Shown one piece after another: positions 1 through 10,558 of a DNA stretch of 38,530 nucleotides. The stretch is from Oscillospiraceae bacterium (GTDB lineage Bacteria > Bacillota > Clostridia > Oscillospirales > Acutalibacteraceae). Position 1 is the first letter of the stretch; each line of letters starts with the position of its first letter. Under the pieces are notes generated by a model, which was not told where the DNA came from, did no database searches, and saw only the letters and a list, made by a program, of their open reading frames with translations. The stretch is from contig JALEYA010000037.1 of the NCBI GenBank assembly GCA_022779945.1, positions 1 to 38,530 on the forward strand, written 5' to 3'. The translations under genes were made by a program, and so were the position numbers.

Positions 1-47
1 GGGTATACCTGTCCGTCTTTGAGAATTCTCTGTTCAAGAAGCTTCAT
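1..47 (-). CDS. 5' end (15 codons) of a gene running off the window; the N-terminus resembles xanthine phosphoribosyltransferase
   Basis: Reverse strand reads ATG at 47-45, then MKLLEQRILKDGQVY. A GGTGA Shine-Dalgarno sits 5-6 nt upstream. The MKLLE-RI-KDG pattern is recalled from Firmicute Xpt N-termini. Only 15 residues are visible. Confidence 0.35.
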   Translation of the reverse strand, partial: MKLLEQRILKDGQVY

Positions 48-130
48 CGTAATCACCGCCGCTTAAATAAAAATTGAAAACAAGCGGCTCATACACTTCG
101 CACGATTCCGCCGATATCAGATACAAACAG

Positions 131-159
131 ATTTTATCAAAAAAGCTCGAACTTTGCAA
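131..159 (-). promoter_or_regulatory. Sigma-A-type promoter candidate for the leftmost minus-strand gene
   Basis: Minus strand reads TTGCAA (159-154), a 17-nt spacer, then TAAAAT (136-131). It lies about 80 nt upstream of the ATG at 47. Confidence 0.4.
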
Positions 160-235
160 TACATTTTTTAATTAAACTTGAATTAAAGTACCAAATCGTT
201 ATTGTATACTTTGCACAACCGAAAACATTTTTTAA

Positions 236-408
236 GGAACCTCTGATTCAATCACAGCATACACTTTGATGCACATCTACCTTGCAAATTTTCCGCCATA
301 TCGCACAAAACCTGCTTGAAATCCGTCAGGATTCCTGCGCAGTTTTTGCACTTTTCTGACGAAAAATTTGGCGGCGTAATCTGCACATCCGATTTAATCA
401 GAGGTTCC
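236..408. ncRNA. Candidate structured RNA, about 173 nt, rod-like (6S-RNA-like size and shape); strand undetermined
   Basis: A perfect 13-bp inverted repeat, GGAACCTCTGATT (236-248) and AATCAGAGGTTCC (396-408), closes the element. Nested inner pairings are CCGCC 293-297 with GGCGG 370-374, and CGTCAG 324-329 with CTGACG 356-361. An apical palindrome CTGCGCAG lies at 335-342. No ORF is present. Confidence 0.3.
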
Positions 409-560
409 CTAAATTCCCGCCGTGCCGGGATGACGATACTATAACCTGCTCAAAGCAGGGTGGTGATAGCCCGTCGGTTTCACGCTCCCTTCGTCCTCAT
501 ACGCGGTATACCCCGTAATCTCGGGAGGTCTGCAATCCGCCGACGGAGCGTCTCTCCTTT

Positions 561-594
561 AAAAAAGGTGTTGGGTTATATTCGCCAAAGTGAC
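561..594 (-). terminator. Weak intrinsic terminator candidate downstream of the DUF1292 gene
   Basis: On the minus strand an imperfect hairpin (GGT/ACC plus TTGG/CCAA, 567-594) is followed by T6 (the complement of AAAAAA at 561-566). Confidence 0.3.
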
Positions 595-636
595 CGAACA
601 CGGCAGGATATTATATTTTTTTCGTTGAGGTCGGGA

Positions 637-951
637 TTATTCGTCAGTCTCGTCCTCTTTTTCGAATTTTTCAATCAGTCTGTCTTCGATGATGTTGCCG
701 ATTTCGTTGAACTCATTTTCGTCCTCAATCTGGATCAGATAATTCTCGCCGTTTTCTTCAATAACTTTAAGAATCAGAACATCACCGTCGTCGTCAAGTA
801 TGCTGATATCATCATCATAAACGGGAAGAAGAGCAACGTACTTGTTGCCGTCGTCGGTTTCAATCCGGTCAAGTTCTTCAAAAACATGTTCCTTACCGTC
901 GTCGTCAACAACCGTTACAAGGTCGCCTCCCGTGAAAAATTCATCGCTCAT
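637..951 (-). CDS. DUF1292 (YrzB/UPF0473-like) small acidic protein
   Basis: The 104-aa ORF is very acidic. Its central segment, VTVVDDDGKEHVFEELDRIETDDGNKYVALLPV, is typical of the DUF1292 family. Confidence 0.85.
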   Translation of the reverse strand: MSDEFFTGGDLVTVVDDDGKEHVFEELDRIETDDGNKYVALLPVYDDDISILDDDGDVLILKVIEENGENYLIQIEDENEFNEIGNIIEDRLIEKFEKEDETDE

Positions 952-1014
952 AGCTTTGTCCGTCCGGCTTCCGGTGAAAGAAGCCGCCTTTCATGATCAT
1001 TATTTCATAATCCT

Positions 1015-1043
1015 ATTGTATTATTTTATCCCGTCTTTGTCAA
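1015..1043 (-). promoter_or_regulatory. Sigma-A-type promoter candidate for the DUF1292 gene
   Basis: Minus strand reads TTGACA (1043-1038), a 17-nt spacer, then TACAAT (1020-1015). Confidence 0.5.
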
Positions 1044-1202
1044 TATAAATTTCATCGACGGTTCATGTAAAAAATTTGTAAGAAAAATTATAAATTTTAT
1101 AAAACCGTGGTATTTTTTGACGAAATATGGTATACTTGTACGAAATAAATAAGCACAATTTGCGTTAATCTATAATATTCAATATATTCCGGGAGTGGTA
1201 CT

Positions 1203-2576
1203 ATGCCTCAATCCTTTGATCCGGTTTTTGATAACTGGTATACAGAAAAGCAGATCGGCTTCGGAACCGACGGCAAGGTTTATTCGATCACCAAAGAGAA
1301 TCCGGACGGAACAAAGCGCCGTTCCATTCTCAAAACCATACGAATTTCCGAAAATCGCAGCAGCGGAAGGGATTTCAACTCCGTTTCCGGCGACGATTTT
1401 ACAAAAAGTCAGAACCTCGATGAAATCATAAAGAATATCACCGACAATATCGATGTGATAAAAGAGACGGACGGCGGAAAGCATTTCGTAAAATACGAAC
1501 AATGGGCGGTTCGCAAAACGAGCGACGGGAAGGGCAGAATCATTATGATCCGGCTTGAGCAGATGCGGTCGCTTACAAGTCTTCTGAACGATTTTTCGTT
1601 TACGCTTGAAGAAACCTATAAGCTCGGAATTTGCATCTGCAAGGCTCTTGTACAGTGTCGGAAGTTCGGTTATATTTACCCGAATCTCAAACCCGAAAAT
1701 ATTCTTTTTGACCGCAAAGGCGTTTGCAAACTCGGAGATTTCGGTTCCTTCAGTTGTCTGGAACCGTCCAAAACCTCGATTGCCTTCAAGCGCACCCAGT
1801 ATTATATGGCACCTGAATTTATCACAAGCGGAAAGATCAACTGTACGGCGGATACCTATTCGCTCGGACTTGTGCTTTATTCACTTGTCAATCGAGGAAG
1901 GTTGCCGTTTGTCGAAAAATATCCGCAGGAGGTTACCGTCAACGGTCTTGACCGTTCGATGAAGCTGAGGCTTGAGGGAAAAGAGTTTGAAAGACCTCCT
2001 CTTTGCAGTGATGCGCTGTTCAGGATTATTTCGAAGGCCTGTGCTTATCGGGAAAGGGATCGTTACCTGACCCCGAAGCAGATGCTTCGCGACTTAAAGG
2101 CGGCGGCAACGGGAAAGCCGTTCGAAAAAGTTGAATACGATGATGTTTATTCTGACTCCGAGCCGCCGAAACTTCAAAAAGAGGACGATATTCGTTCGAC
2201 GACGGACGCACAGGAAGAAACATCGCTCCGGGAGGAACCGGAGGTGCATTATGAGTCTCCTCCGATTTCGCTTCGCAGTGAGATTCAGATTCCCGATGTG
2301 ACGCCGTCCGATTATGTAAGCCAGAGCCGGCCGAAGCGAAAGAAACGGCCGACGTATGAAAAATTACCCGATGTCAAATCCAAAAACAGAGAAAAGGTAG
2401 ACGACAGGAAACGGATTATTGCACTTGCGGTAGCGATCGTGTTTGTTTTGTCTCTTTTCTTCCTGTCACTTGTTTTACGATTCAGCGGTTCCGATGCACA
2501 AACGACTTCGGCGGTTGTCGCTGATATAATGAGTTTACTGAGATATGAAGGGGTGTTTGTATGGCTGCCGATATGA
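1203..2576 (+). CDS. Membrane-anchored Ser/Thr protein-kinase-like protein with a degenerate catalytic loop (possible pseudokinase)
   Basis: Hanks-type motifs are visible: GFGTDGKV (Gly loop), ILK (beta3 Lys), GDFG, YYMAPEF and DTYSLGLVLY. The HRD-KPEN catalytic loop reads YPNLKPEN. After a charged linker there is one C-terminal TM segment, IIALAVAIVFVLSLFFLSLVL. A GGGAGTGG Shine-Dalgarno precedes the ATG. Confidence 0.8.
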   Translation: MPQSFDPVFDNWYTEKQIGFGTDGKVYSITKENPDGTKRRSILKTIRISENRSSGRDFNSVSGDDFTKSQNLDEIIKNITDNIDVIKETDGGKHFVKYEQWAVRKTSDGKGRIIMIRLEQMRSLTSLLNDFSFTLEETYKLGICICKALVQCRKFGYIYPNLKPENILFDRKGVCKLGDFGSFSCLEPSKTSIAFKRTQYYMAPEFITSGKINCTADTYSLGLVLYSLVNRGRLPFVEKYPQEVTVNGLDRSMKLRLEGKEFERPPLCSDALFRIISKACAYRERDRYLTPKQMLRDLKAAATGKPFEKVEYDDVYSDSEPPKLQKEDDIRSTTDAQEETSLREEPEVHYESPPISLRSEIQIPDVTPSDYVSQSRPKRKKRPTYEKLPDVKSKNREKVDDRKRIIALAVAIVFVLSLFFLSLVLRFSGSDAQTTSAVVADIMSLLRYEGVFVWLPI

Positions 2577-2869
2577 TCAATGCCGTGCTGAAAGCGGAGG
2601 CACAGGCGCAAAAACAAAAGCTTGCTGCCGAAAAGCAGGCTGCGGAAATAATTGAAGCCGCAAAAAAGAAAGCGGAGGAGATTGAAGTCGTTACCCTGAA
2701 GCAGGCGGAAAATGAATCCGTGCTGATAGTAAGCGAAGCGGAGCTTTCCGGCGAGGGAACACTCGGTCAGGCCGAGCAGCTTGCGAAGCTTCGGGAACGA
2801 AAGGTAATAAGCGAAACCGAAAAAAGATATGATGAATGTATTAAGCTTGTTTTAGACAGCTTGGTATAA
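2561..2869 (+). CDS. V-type ATPase peripheral-stalk subunit, G-like (E. hirae NtpF-type)
   Basis: The 102-aa protein is Ala/Lys/Glu-rich and predicted helical (KAEAQAQKQKLAAEKQAAEIIEAAKKKAEE). It is the first gene of the V-ATPase cluster. A GAAGGGG Shine-Dalgarno precedes it, and it overlaps the kinase-like gene by 16 nt. Confidence 0.6.
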   Translation: MAADMINAVLKAEAQAQKQKLAAEKQAAEIIEAAKKKAEEIEVVTLKQAENESVLIVSEAELSGEGTLGQAEQLAKLRERKVISETEKRYDECIKLVLDSLV

Positions 2870-2931
2870 CTGAGTTCAATTTGCTGAAAGTTTTCTTTTG
2901 CCGTTTTGACGGCAAAAAGGAGGTGTGAAAT

Positions 2932-5383
<2,452 letters not shown>

Positions 5384-5413
5384 TACTGAATACTTATTTG
5401 TTTGGCAAAGGAG

Positions 5414-6013
5414 ATGATGAGTGTGACGGGACTTGAAAAAATTATTGAAAAAATCGCCGAAGACAGCGCAGAGGAATGCAAGACCATTATTTCCGAAGCA
5501 AAGGCGCAGGCGGACAGAATAATTGCCGATGCAAGAAACGAAGCCCGCAAAAAGGCGAACGATATCACCGGGGAAGCGAAGGCGCAGGCGGATAAAAAGC
5601 TTGCCGTTTCCAAGTCGGGTGCAGAATCCATAACAAGAAACCGCTATCTCTCCGTGAAAAACGCAGTGGTCAACGATATAATCTCCGCCGCTTATGAAGA
5701 AATTGAAAAAATGAGCGACAAAGATTATTTTGATCTGCTTTATAAGCTCTGCATCAAAAATGTGGAAACCGGCGAGTGCATCATGCGGCTGAATGCTAAG
5801 GATCTCGGGCGTCTGCCTGCCGATTTTGAAGACAGAATCAACGGTGCGGTTTTTGAAAAAGCCGCCGTTCAGGTTTCGAAAAAGCCTTATGATATTGAAA
5901 ACGGCTTCGTTTTGATCTATGACGATTTTGAAATCAACTGTACATTGAGAACTGTTTTTGACAGTGAGATGGACAAGCTCAAGGACATTTTAAGCCGGAA
6001 GCTGTTCAGCTGA
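5414..6013 (+). CDS. ntpE: V-type ATPase subunit E
   Basis: About 200 aa, with an N-terminal Ala/Lys/Glu coiled-coil (EAKAQADRIIADARNEARKKA) and a globular C-terminus. The gene order fits. The exact start is ambiguous: ATG 5414, ATG 5417 or GTG 5423, all following AAAGGAG. Confidence 0.8.
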   Translation: MMSVTGLEKIIEKIAEDSAEECKTIISEAKAQADRIIADARNEARKKANDITGEAKAQADKKLAVSKSGAESITRNRYLSVKNAVVNDIISAAYEEIEKMSDKDYFDLLYKLCIKNVETGECIMRLNAKDLGRLPADFEDRINGAVFEKAAVQVSKKPYDIENGFVLIYDDFEINCTLRTVFDSEMDKLKDILSRKLFS

Positions 6014-6102
6014 GCGTGACTTGAATTTTCAGGAAAGGAAGCAGTACCGGTACCGTAAGCGGGACTAATCCCCGATGCGATATTTTGTACTGCGTGGCGA
6101 TT

Positions 6103-7074
6103 ATGATAAAAGATACCGATTACGCTTACGCAGACGCAAGACTGAAGGCGAACGAAAACAAGCTTTTAACATCGCAGGATATCGAAACCCTTGTTTCCTG
6201 CAGAAGCGTAAAAGACTGTTATGAATTTTTGTCCGCAAAGGGCTGGAAAATCTTGGAGTCAGCCGATCTTGCCGCAGTTTTAAAACAACAGAACAAGGAT
6301 TTGTGGCAGCTTTTGTCGGAATCCGTACCGGATAAAAGCGTTTTGACCGTTCTTACCGTATGCAACGATTACTTCAATTTAAAAGCCGCCGTAAAGGCTT
6401 CGTTTGTCGGCGTGACGCCGGACAGACTGTTTGTTTATCCGACATCGGTCGATCTTGAAATGCTTCAGACAAGCGTAAAACAGCACGATTTTGACGCGTT
6501 GGGTGAAAAATTGGGCAATACGGCAAAGGAGGCCTATCAGGCGGCCTTGACAAGCGAAAGCGGACAGGCGGCGGATATTATTATTGACCGCGCCGCGCTT
6601 GACGAGCTTTCCCGCCTTTCAAAAGAAAGCAAATGTGAGCTTGCCAACGATATGGCAAAACTTCTTTGTACCTTCGCCGATATCAAGACGGCTTACCGTT
6701 CGGCAAAAACGGGAAAAAGCGCCTCCTTCCTTGAAAAAGCGATTTCGGACGGCGGAGCGCTTGACCGGAAAACGCTGATCGAAAAAAGCGAGAAGGGCGA
6801 AAAAGAGCTGTTGGATTATCTGCAAAAAACCGATTATCAAACGGCTTCACAGCTTCTTGAAAAAAGCACCGTTGCGTTTGAAAAATACTGTGACGACGCC
6901 GTGATCGACGAAGCGAAAAAAGCGAAGTATATGTTCCTCGGTTTTGAACCGGTTCTGGCTTTTTACTATGCGAAGCAAGCGGAACTCAAGTGTGTCCGCA
7001 TTGTTCTCGGCGGGAAGCAGAACGGACTTTCCGACGACGCTTTGAGAGAAAGGGTGAGAGCCTTATATGTATAA
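6103..7074 (+). CDS. ntpC: V-type ATPase subunit C (eukaryotic d homolog)
   Basis: About 323 aa. The N-terminus DYAYADARLKANENKLL is typical of the family. It lies between E and F. The start is taken at ATG 6103 rather than the upstream TTG 6085; the Shine-Dalgarno is weak. Confidence 0.8.
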   Translation: MIKDTDYAYADARLKANENKLLTSQDIETLVSCRSVKDCYEFLSAKGWKILESADLAAVLKQQNKDLWQLLSESVPDKSVLTVLTVCNDYFNLKAAVKASFVGVTPDRLFVYPTSVDLEMLQTSVKQHDFDALGEKLGNTAKEAYQAALTSESGQAADIIIDRAALDELSRLSKESKCELANDMAKLLCTFADIKTAYRSAKTGKSASFLEKAISDGGALDRKTLIEKSEKGEKELLDYLQKTDYQTASQLLEKSTVAFEKYCDDAVIDEAKKAKYMFLGFEPVLAFYYAKQAELKCVRIVLGGKQNGLSDDALRERVRALYV

Positions 7075-7378
7075 AATAGCAGCCATCGGCGACAGAGACA
7101 GCGTTCAGGGCTTCGCTTCGATCGGGCTTGAGGTGTATTTTGCCGATGAAAAGCAGGAAGCCGAAAAGCTTTTAAAAAGAATAGCGAATGACAATTATGC
7201 GGTGATTTATATTACCGAAAAGCTTGCGTCCATGATCCCGCAGGAAATTGAAAAATACACCGAAGCGGTTACACCGGCGATTATTCCGATTCCCGGTGTC
7301 AGCGGAAACACAGGTGAGGGAATGAATAATGTCAGCCGTTTTGTTGAAAAAGCGGTCGGCTCGGATATTATCAATTGA
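7067..7378 (+). CDS. V-type ATPase subunit F
   Basis: The 103-aa protein begins MYKIAAIGDRDSVQGFASIGLEVY, which is typical of V/A-type F. It overlaps subunit C by 8 nt. Confidence 0.85.
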   Translation: MYKIAAIGDRDSVQGFASIGLEVYFADEKQEAEKLLKRIANDNYAVIYITEKLASMIPQEIEKYTEAVTPAIIPIPGVSGNTGEGMNNVSRFVEKAVGSDIIN

Positions 7379-7407
7379 TTTATTTTTATCGAAAAAGGTG
7401 ATAAATT

Positions 7408-9177
7408 GTGAAAACAGGCACCATTACAAAGGTCTCCGGCCCTCTTGTTGTCGCTTCCGGCATGAGAGAAGCGAATATGTTTGACGTAGTACGTGTCAGC
7501 GACAAAAGGCTGATCGGAGAAATCATAGAAATGCATGGCGACAAGGCGTCGATCCAGGTTTATGAAGAGACGTCGGGCCTCAGGACAGGTGAGCCGGTCG
7601 AATCGACGGGTGAGCCGTTGAGCGTTGAGCTCGGACCGGGATTGATCGGTTCGATTTTCGACGGTATTCAAAGACCGCTTGTCGAAATCATGAAAATCGC
7701 CGGAAACAATCTTCAAAGAGGTATTGAAGTTCCGGCACTCAGCCGTGAAAAGAAGTGGAAATTTACGCCCGAAGTCAAGGTCGGTGATTCTGTCCGCGGC
7801 GGTGACGTTCTCGGCACTGTCCGGGAGACCGATGTTGTTTTACACAAAATTATGATACCGCCGAAAATGAGCGGAACCGTTAAGGAAATTTCTGAGGGCG
7901 AATTCACCGTAGAGGAACCCGTAGCGGTCATCACCGACAAAAAAGGTGTGGAACACCCGATAACACTGATGCAGAAATGGCCCGTCAGAAAGGGCAGACC
8001 GTTCAAAAAGAAGCTTTCTCCCGACAGACCGCTTGTCACGGGTCAGAGAGTTATTGACTCCCTGTTTCCGATAGCCAAGGGCGGTGTTGCCGCCATTCCG
8101 GGTCCGTTCGGAAGCGGAAAAACCGTCACACAGCATCAGCTTGCCAAGTGGGCGGAGGCGGATATCGTTGTTTACATCGGCTGCGGCGAACGCGGCAACG
8201 AGATGACCGACGTTTTAAACGAATTTCCGGAACTTATTGACCCGCATACGGGAAAGTCGCTTATGGAAAGAACCGTTCTGATCGCCAATACCTCGGATAT
8301 GCCTGTTGCGGCAAGAGAGGCGTCGATTTACACAGGAATTACGATTGCGGAATACTTCCGTGATATGGGGTACAGCGTAGCTTTGATGGCGGACTCGACA
8401 TCACGGTGGGCGGAGGCTCTTCGTGAAATGTCGGGCAGACTCGAGGAAATGCCGGGTGAAGAGGGGTATCCCGCTTACTTAGGTTCAAGACTTGCGCAGT
8501 TTTACGAGCGCGCCGGACGAGTGCTTTCTCTCGGCAAAGACGAAAGAGAAGGCTCTTTGAGTGTTATCGGAGCTGTTTCTCCTGCCGGCGGTGATATTTC
8601 CGAACCGGTAACGCAGGCGACGCTTCGCATTGTTAAGGTGTTCTGGGGGCTTGATTCTTCGCTTGCCTATAAGCGTCACTTCCCGGCAATCAATTGGCTG
8701 ACAAGTTATTCGCTTTATGCTTCGTCGCTCGGGTCATGGTTCAACGAAAACGTCAACGCTGAATGGACTGAGTTAAGAGCAAAAATCATGAAGCTTCTTT
8801 CCGAGGAAGCGGAATTACAGGAAATCGTAAAGCTCGTCGGTATGGACGCTCTCTCACCGGGCGACCGACTGAAAATGGAAGCCGCACGCTCAATCAGAGA
8901 GGACTTTTTGCATCAGCTTGCGTTCCACGAGGTCGATACCTATTCATCTTTAAAGAAGCAGTATCTGATGATGAAGCTTGTGATTTTGTTCTATGAAATG
9001 TCGCGCCGGGCACTCGAAAATTCGGCGGACATCGAAACGATCGTAAAGCTTGACGAAAGAGAGCAGATCGGCCGATTCAAATATGTACCCGAAGAAAATA
9101 TAGAGGCTGAATACGAAAAAATCGAGCGTTCGCTTGCGTCCTCGCTTGCCGAAGCCGAGAAAGGGGAGAGTGACTGA
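7408..9177 (+). CDS. ntpA: V-type ATPase catalytic subunit A
   Basis: 589 aa. It has the Walker A motif GPFGSGKT and a non-homologous insert typical of V/A-type A. The GTG start follows AAAGGTGA. Confidence 0.95.
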   Translation: MKTGTITKVSGPLVVASGMREANMFDVVRVSDKRLIGEIIEMHGDKASIQVYEETSGLRTGEPVESTGEPLSVELGPGLIGSIFDGIQRPLVEIMKIAGNNLQRGIEVPALSREKKWKFTPEVKVGDSVRGGDVLGTVRETDVVLHKIMIPPKMSGTVKEISEGEFTVEEPVAVITDKKGVEHPITLMQKWPVRKGRPFKKKLSPDRPLVTGQRVIDSLFPIAKGGVAAIPGPFGSGKTVTQHQLAKWAEADIVVYIGCGERGNEMTDVLNEFPELIDPHTGKSLMERTVLIANTSDMPVAAREASIYTGITIAEYFRDMGYSVALMADSTSRWAEALREMSGRLEEMPGEEGYPAYLGSRLAQFYERAGRVLSLGKDEREGSLSVIGAVSPAGGDISEPVTQATLRIVKVFWGLDSSLAYKRHFPAINWLTSYSLYASSLGSWFNENVNAEWTELRAKIMKLLSEEAELQEIVKLVGMDALSPGDRLKMEAARSIREDFLHQLAFHEVDTYSSLKKQYLMMKLVILFYEMSRRALENSADIETIVKLDEREQIGRFKYVPEENIEAEYEKIERSLASSLAEAEKGESD

Positions 9178-10550
9178 TGCCAAGAGAGTATAAAACGATT
9201 CAGGAGGTCGCAGGTCCTCTTATGCTCGTTCGGAAGGTTGAAGGCGTAGCCTATAACGAGCTTGGTGAAATCGAACTTGCCAATGGCGAAAAACGTCATT
9301 GTCGTGTGCTTGAAATCGACGGCACGGACGCTTTGGTTCAGCTTTTTGAGCCGTCGTCGGGTATCAATCTTGCCGAAAGCAAGGTCAAATTCTTGGGGCG
9401 TCAGATGGAGCTCGGCGTATCTGAGGATATGCTCGGTCGTGTTTTTGACGGTCTCGGACGACCGATTGACGGCGGTCCGGCCATTATCCCCGATAAGCGC
9501 CTTGACGTAAACGGTACACCGATGAATCCCGCGGCAAGAAGCTATCCGCAGGAATTTATCCAGACCGGCGTTTCTGCTATCGACGGACTGAACACCCTCG
9601 TAAGAGGTCAGAAGCTTCCGATTTTTTCCGCCTCGGGTCTTCCTCACGCAGAGCTTGCCGCACAGATTGCAAGACAGGCGAAGGTGCTCGGCGAAAACGA
9701 GCAGTTTGCCGTTGTGTTTGCCGCTATGGGCATCACGTTTGAAGAGTCCGAGTTTTTTGCCCGTTCTTTCCGTGAAACGGGAGCGATTGACCGCACGGTC
9801 ATGTTCTCGAATCTTGCGAACGATCCGGCGATCGAAAGAATTGCGACACCGAAAATGGCGCTGACCGCCGCGGAATATCTTGCGTTCGAAAAGGATATGC
9901 ACGTCCTTGTCATTCTGACGGACATCACGAACTATGCCGATGCACTTCGTGAAATCTCCGCCGCAAGAAAGGAAGTTCCCGGTCGCCGCGGCTATCCCGG
10001 CTATATGTACACGGATTTAGCTTCGATTTACGAGCGCGCAGGTCGTCAGAACGGCAAAAAAGGCAGTATTACGCTCATTCCGATCCTGACAATGCCCGAG
10101 GACGATAAAACCCATCCGATCCCCGACCTTACGGGTTATATCACCGAGGGTCAGATCATTTTAAGCCGTGAGCTTTACCGTAAGGGCGTTATGCCGCCTA
10201 TCGACGTTCTTCCCTCTCTTTCAAGACTGAAGGATAAGGGTATCGGTGAGGGCAAGACCCGTGCGGATCATTCAAATACCATGAATCAGCTGTTTTCCGC
10301 TTACGCCCGAGGCAAGGATGCCAAGGAACTGATGGTTATTTTGGGTGAAGCGGCTTTGACCGATATTGATAAGCTTTATGCAAAGTTTGCCGAAGAATTT
10401 GAAAAGCAGTATGTTTCCCAAGGGTTCGAAACGGACCGGACAATAGAAGAAACGCTCGATCTCGGCTGGAAACTGCTTTCCATTCTTCCGAGAAGCGAAC
10501 TGAAGAGAATCAGTGACAAATTCCTCGATCAGTATTATAACAAAAAGTAG
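9177..10550 (+). CDS. ntpB: V-type ATPase subunit B
   Basis: 457 aa. It carries [20 protein letters not shown] and [22 protein letters not shown], both characteristic of V/A-type B. It is coupled to subunit A through an ATGA overlap. Confidence 0.95.
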   Translation: MPREYKTIQEVAGPLMLVRKVEGVAYNELGEIELANGEKRHCRVLEIDGTDALVQLFEPSSGINLAESKVKFLGRQMELGVSEDMLGRVFDGLGRPIDGGPAIIPDKRLDVNGTPMNPAARSYPQEFIQTGVSAIDGLNTLVRGQKLPIFSASGLPHAELAAQIARQAKVLGENEQFAVVFAAMGITFEESEFFARSFRETGAIDRTVMFSNLANDPAIERIATPKMALTAAEYLAFEKDMHVLVILTDITNYADALREISAARKEVPGRRGYPGYMYTDLASIYERAGRQNGKKGSITLIPILTMPEDDKTHPIPDLTGYITEGQIILSRELYRKGVMPPIDVLPSLSRLKDKGIGEGKTRADHSNTMNQLFSAYARGKDAKELMVILGEAALTDIDKLYAKFAEEFEKQYVSQGFETDRTIEETLDLGWKLLSILPRSELKRISDKFLDQYYNKK

Positions 10551-10558
10551 GTGACGAA

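Noticed and set aside
48-235. Expected purine (guanine) riboswitch upstream of the Xpt-like gene
   Set aside because: I read the minus strand for the conserved core (UAUAAUCGCGUGGAUAUGGCACGCAAGUUUCUACCGGGCACCGUAAAUGUCCGACUAUG-type) and found no junction or loop motifs. Only a promoter-like site and a simple hairpin (GCCGCTT with AAGCGGC) are present.
236-408. Interpretation of the 13-bp terminal inverted repeats as a MITE
   Set aside because: I see no flanking target-site duplication (left flank TTTTAA, right flank CTAAAT) and no second copy in this window. It is not excluded, so it is kept as the alternative in the corresponding finding.
404-440. ykkC/guanidine-like fragment ACGGCGGGA and SRP-RNA-like GUGCCGGGAUG
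   Set aside because: These are only short partial matches. The companion conserved blocks (GGUCCGAGAG and CCCGGGAGA for ykkC; GGAAGGAAGCAGC for SRP RNA) are absent or in the wrong order.
495-520. T-box-like string on the minus strand (GGGGUAUACCGCG versus the consensus GGGUGGUACCGCG)
   Set aside because: The UGGN bulge that pairs with the tRNA NCCA end is replaced. There is no Stem I or specifier loop of adequate length upstream, and no aminoacyl-tRNA-related gene downstream.
460-996. 178-aa plus-strand ORF
   Set aside because: It lies antisense to the well-supported DUF1292 gene across its second half. Its first half covers the structured non-coding region. It has an Arg/Ser/Val-rich, low-complexity composition, no Shine-Dalgarno and no recognisable motif.
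8991-9902. 303-aa minus-strand ORF inside ntpA/ntpB
   Set aside because: It is an antisense shadow of highly conserved ATPase genes, with the Arg/His/Cys-rich composition typical of reverse-frame artefacts.
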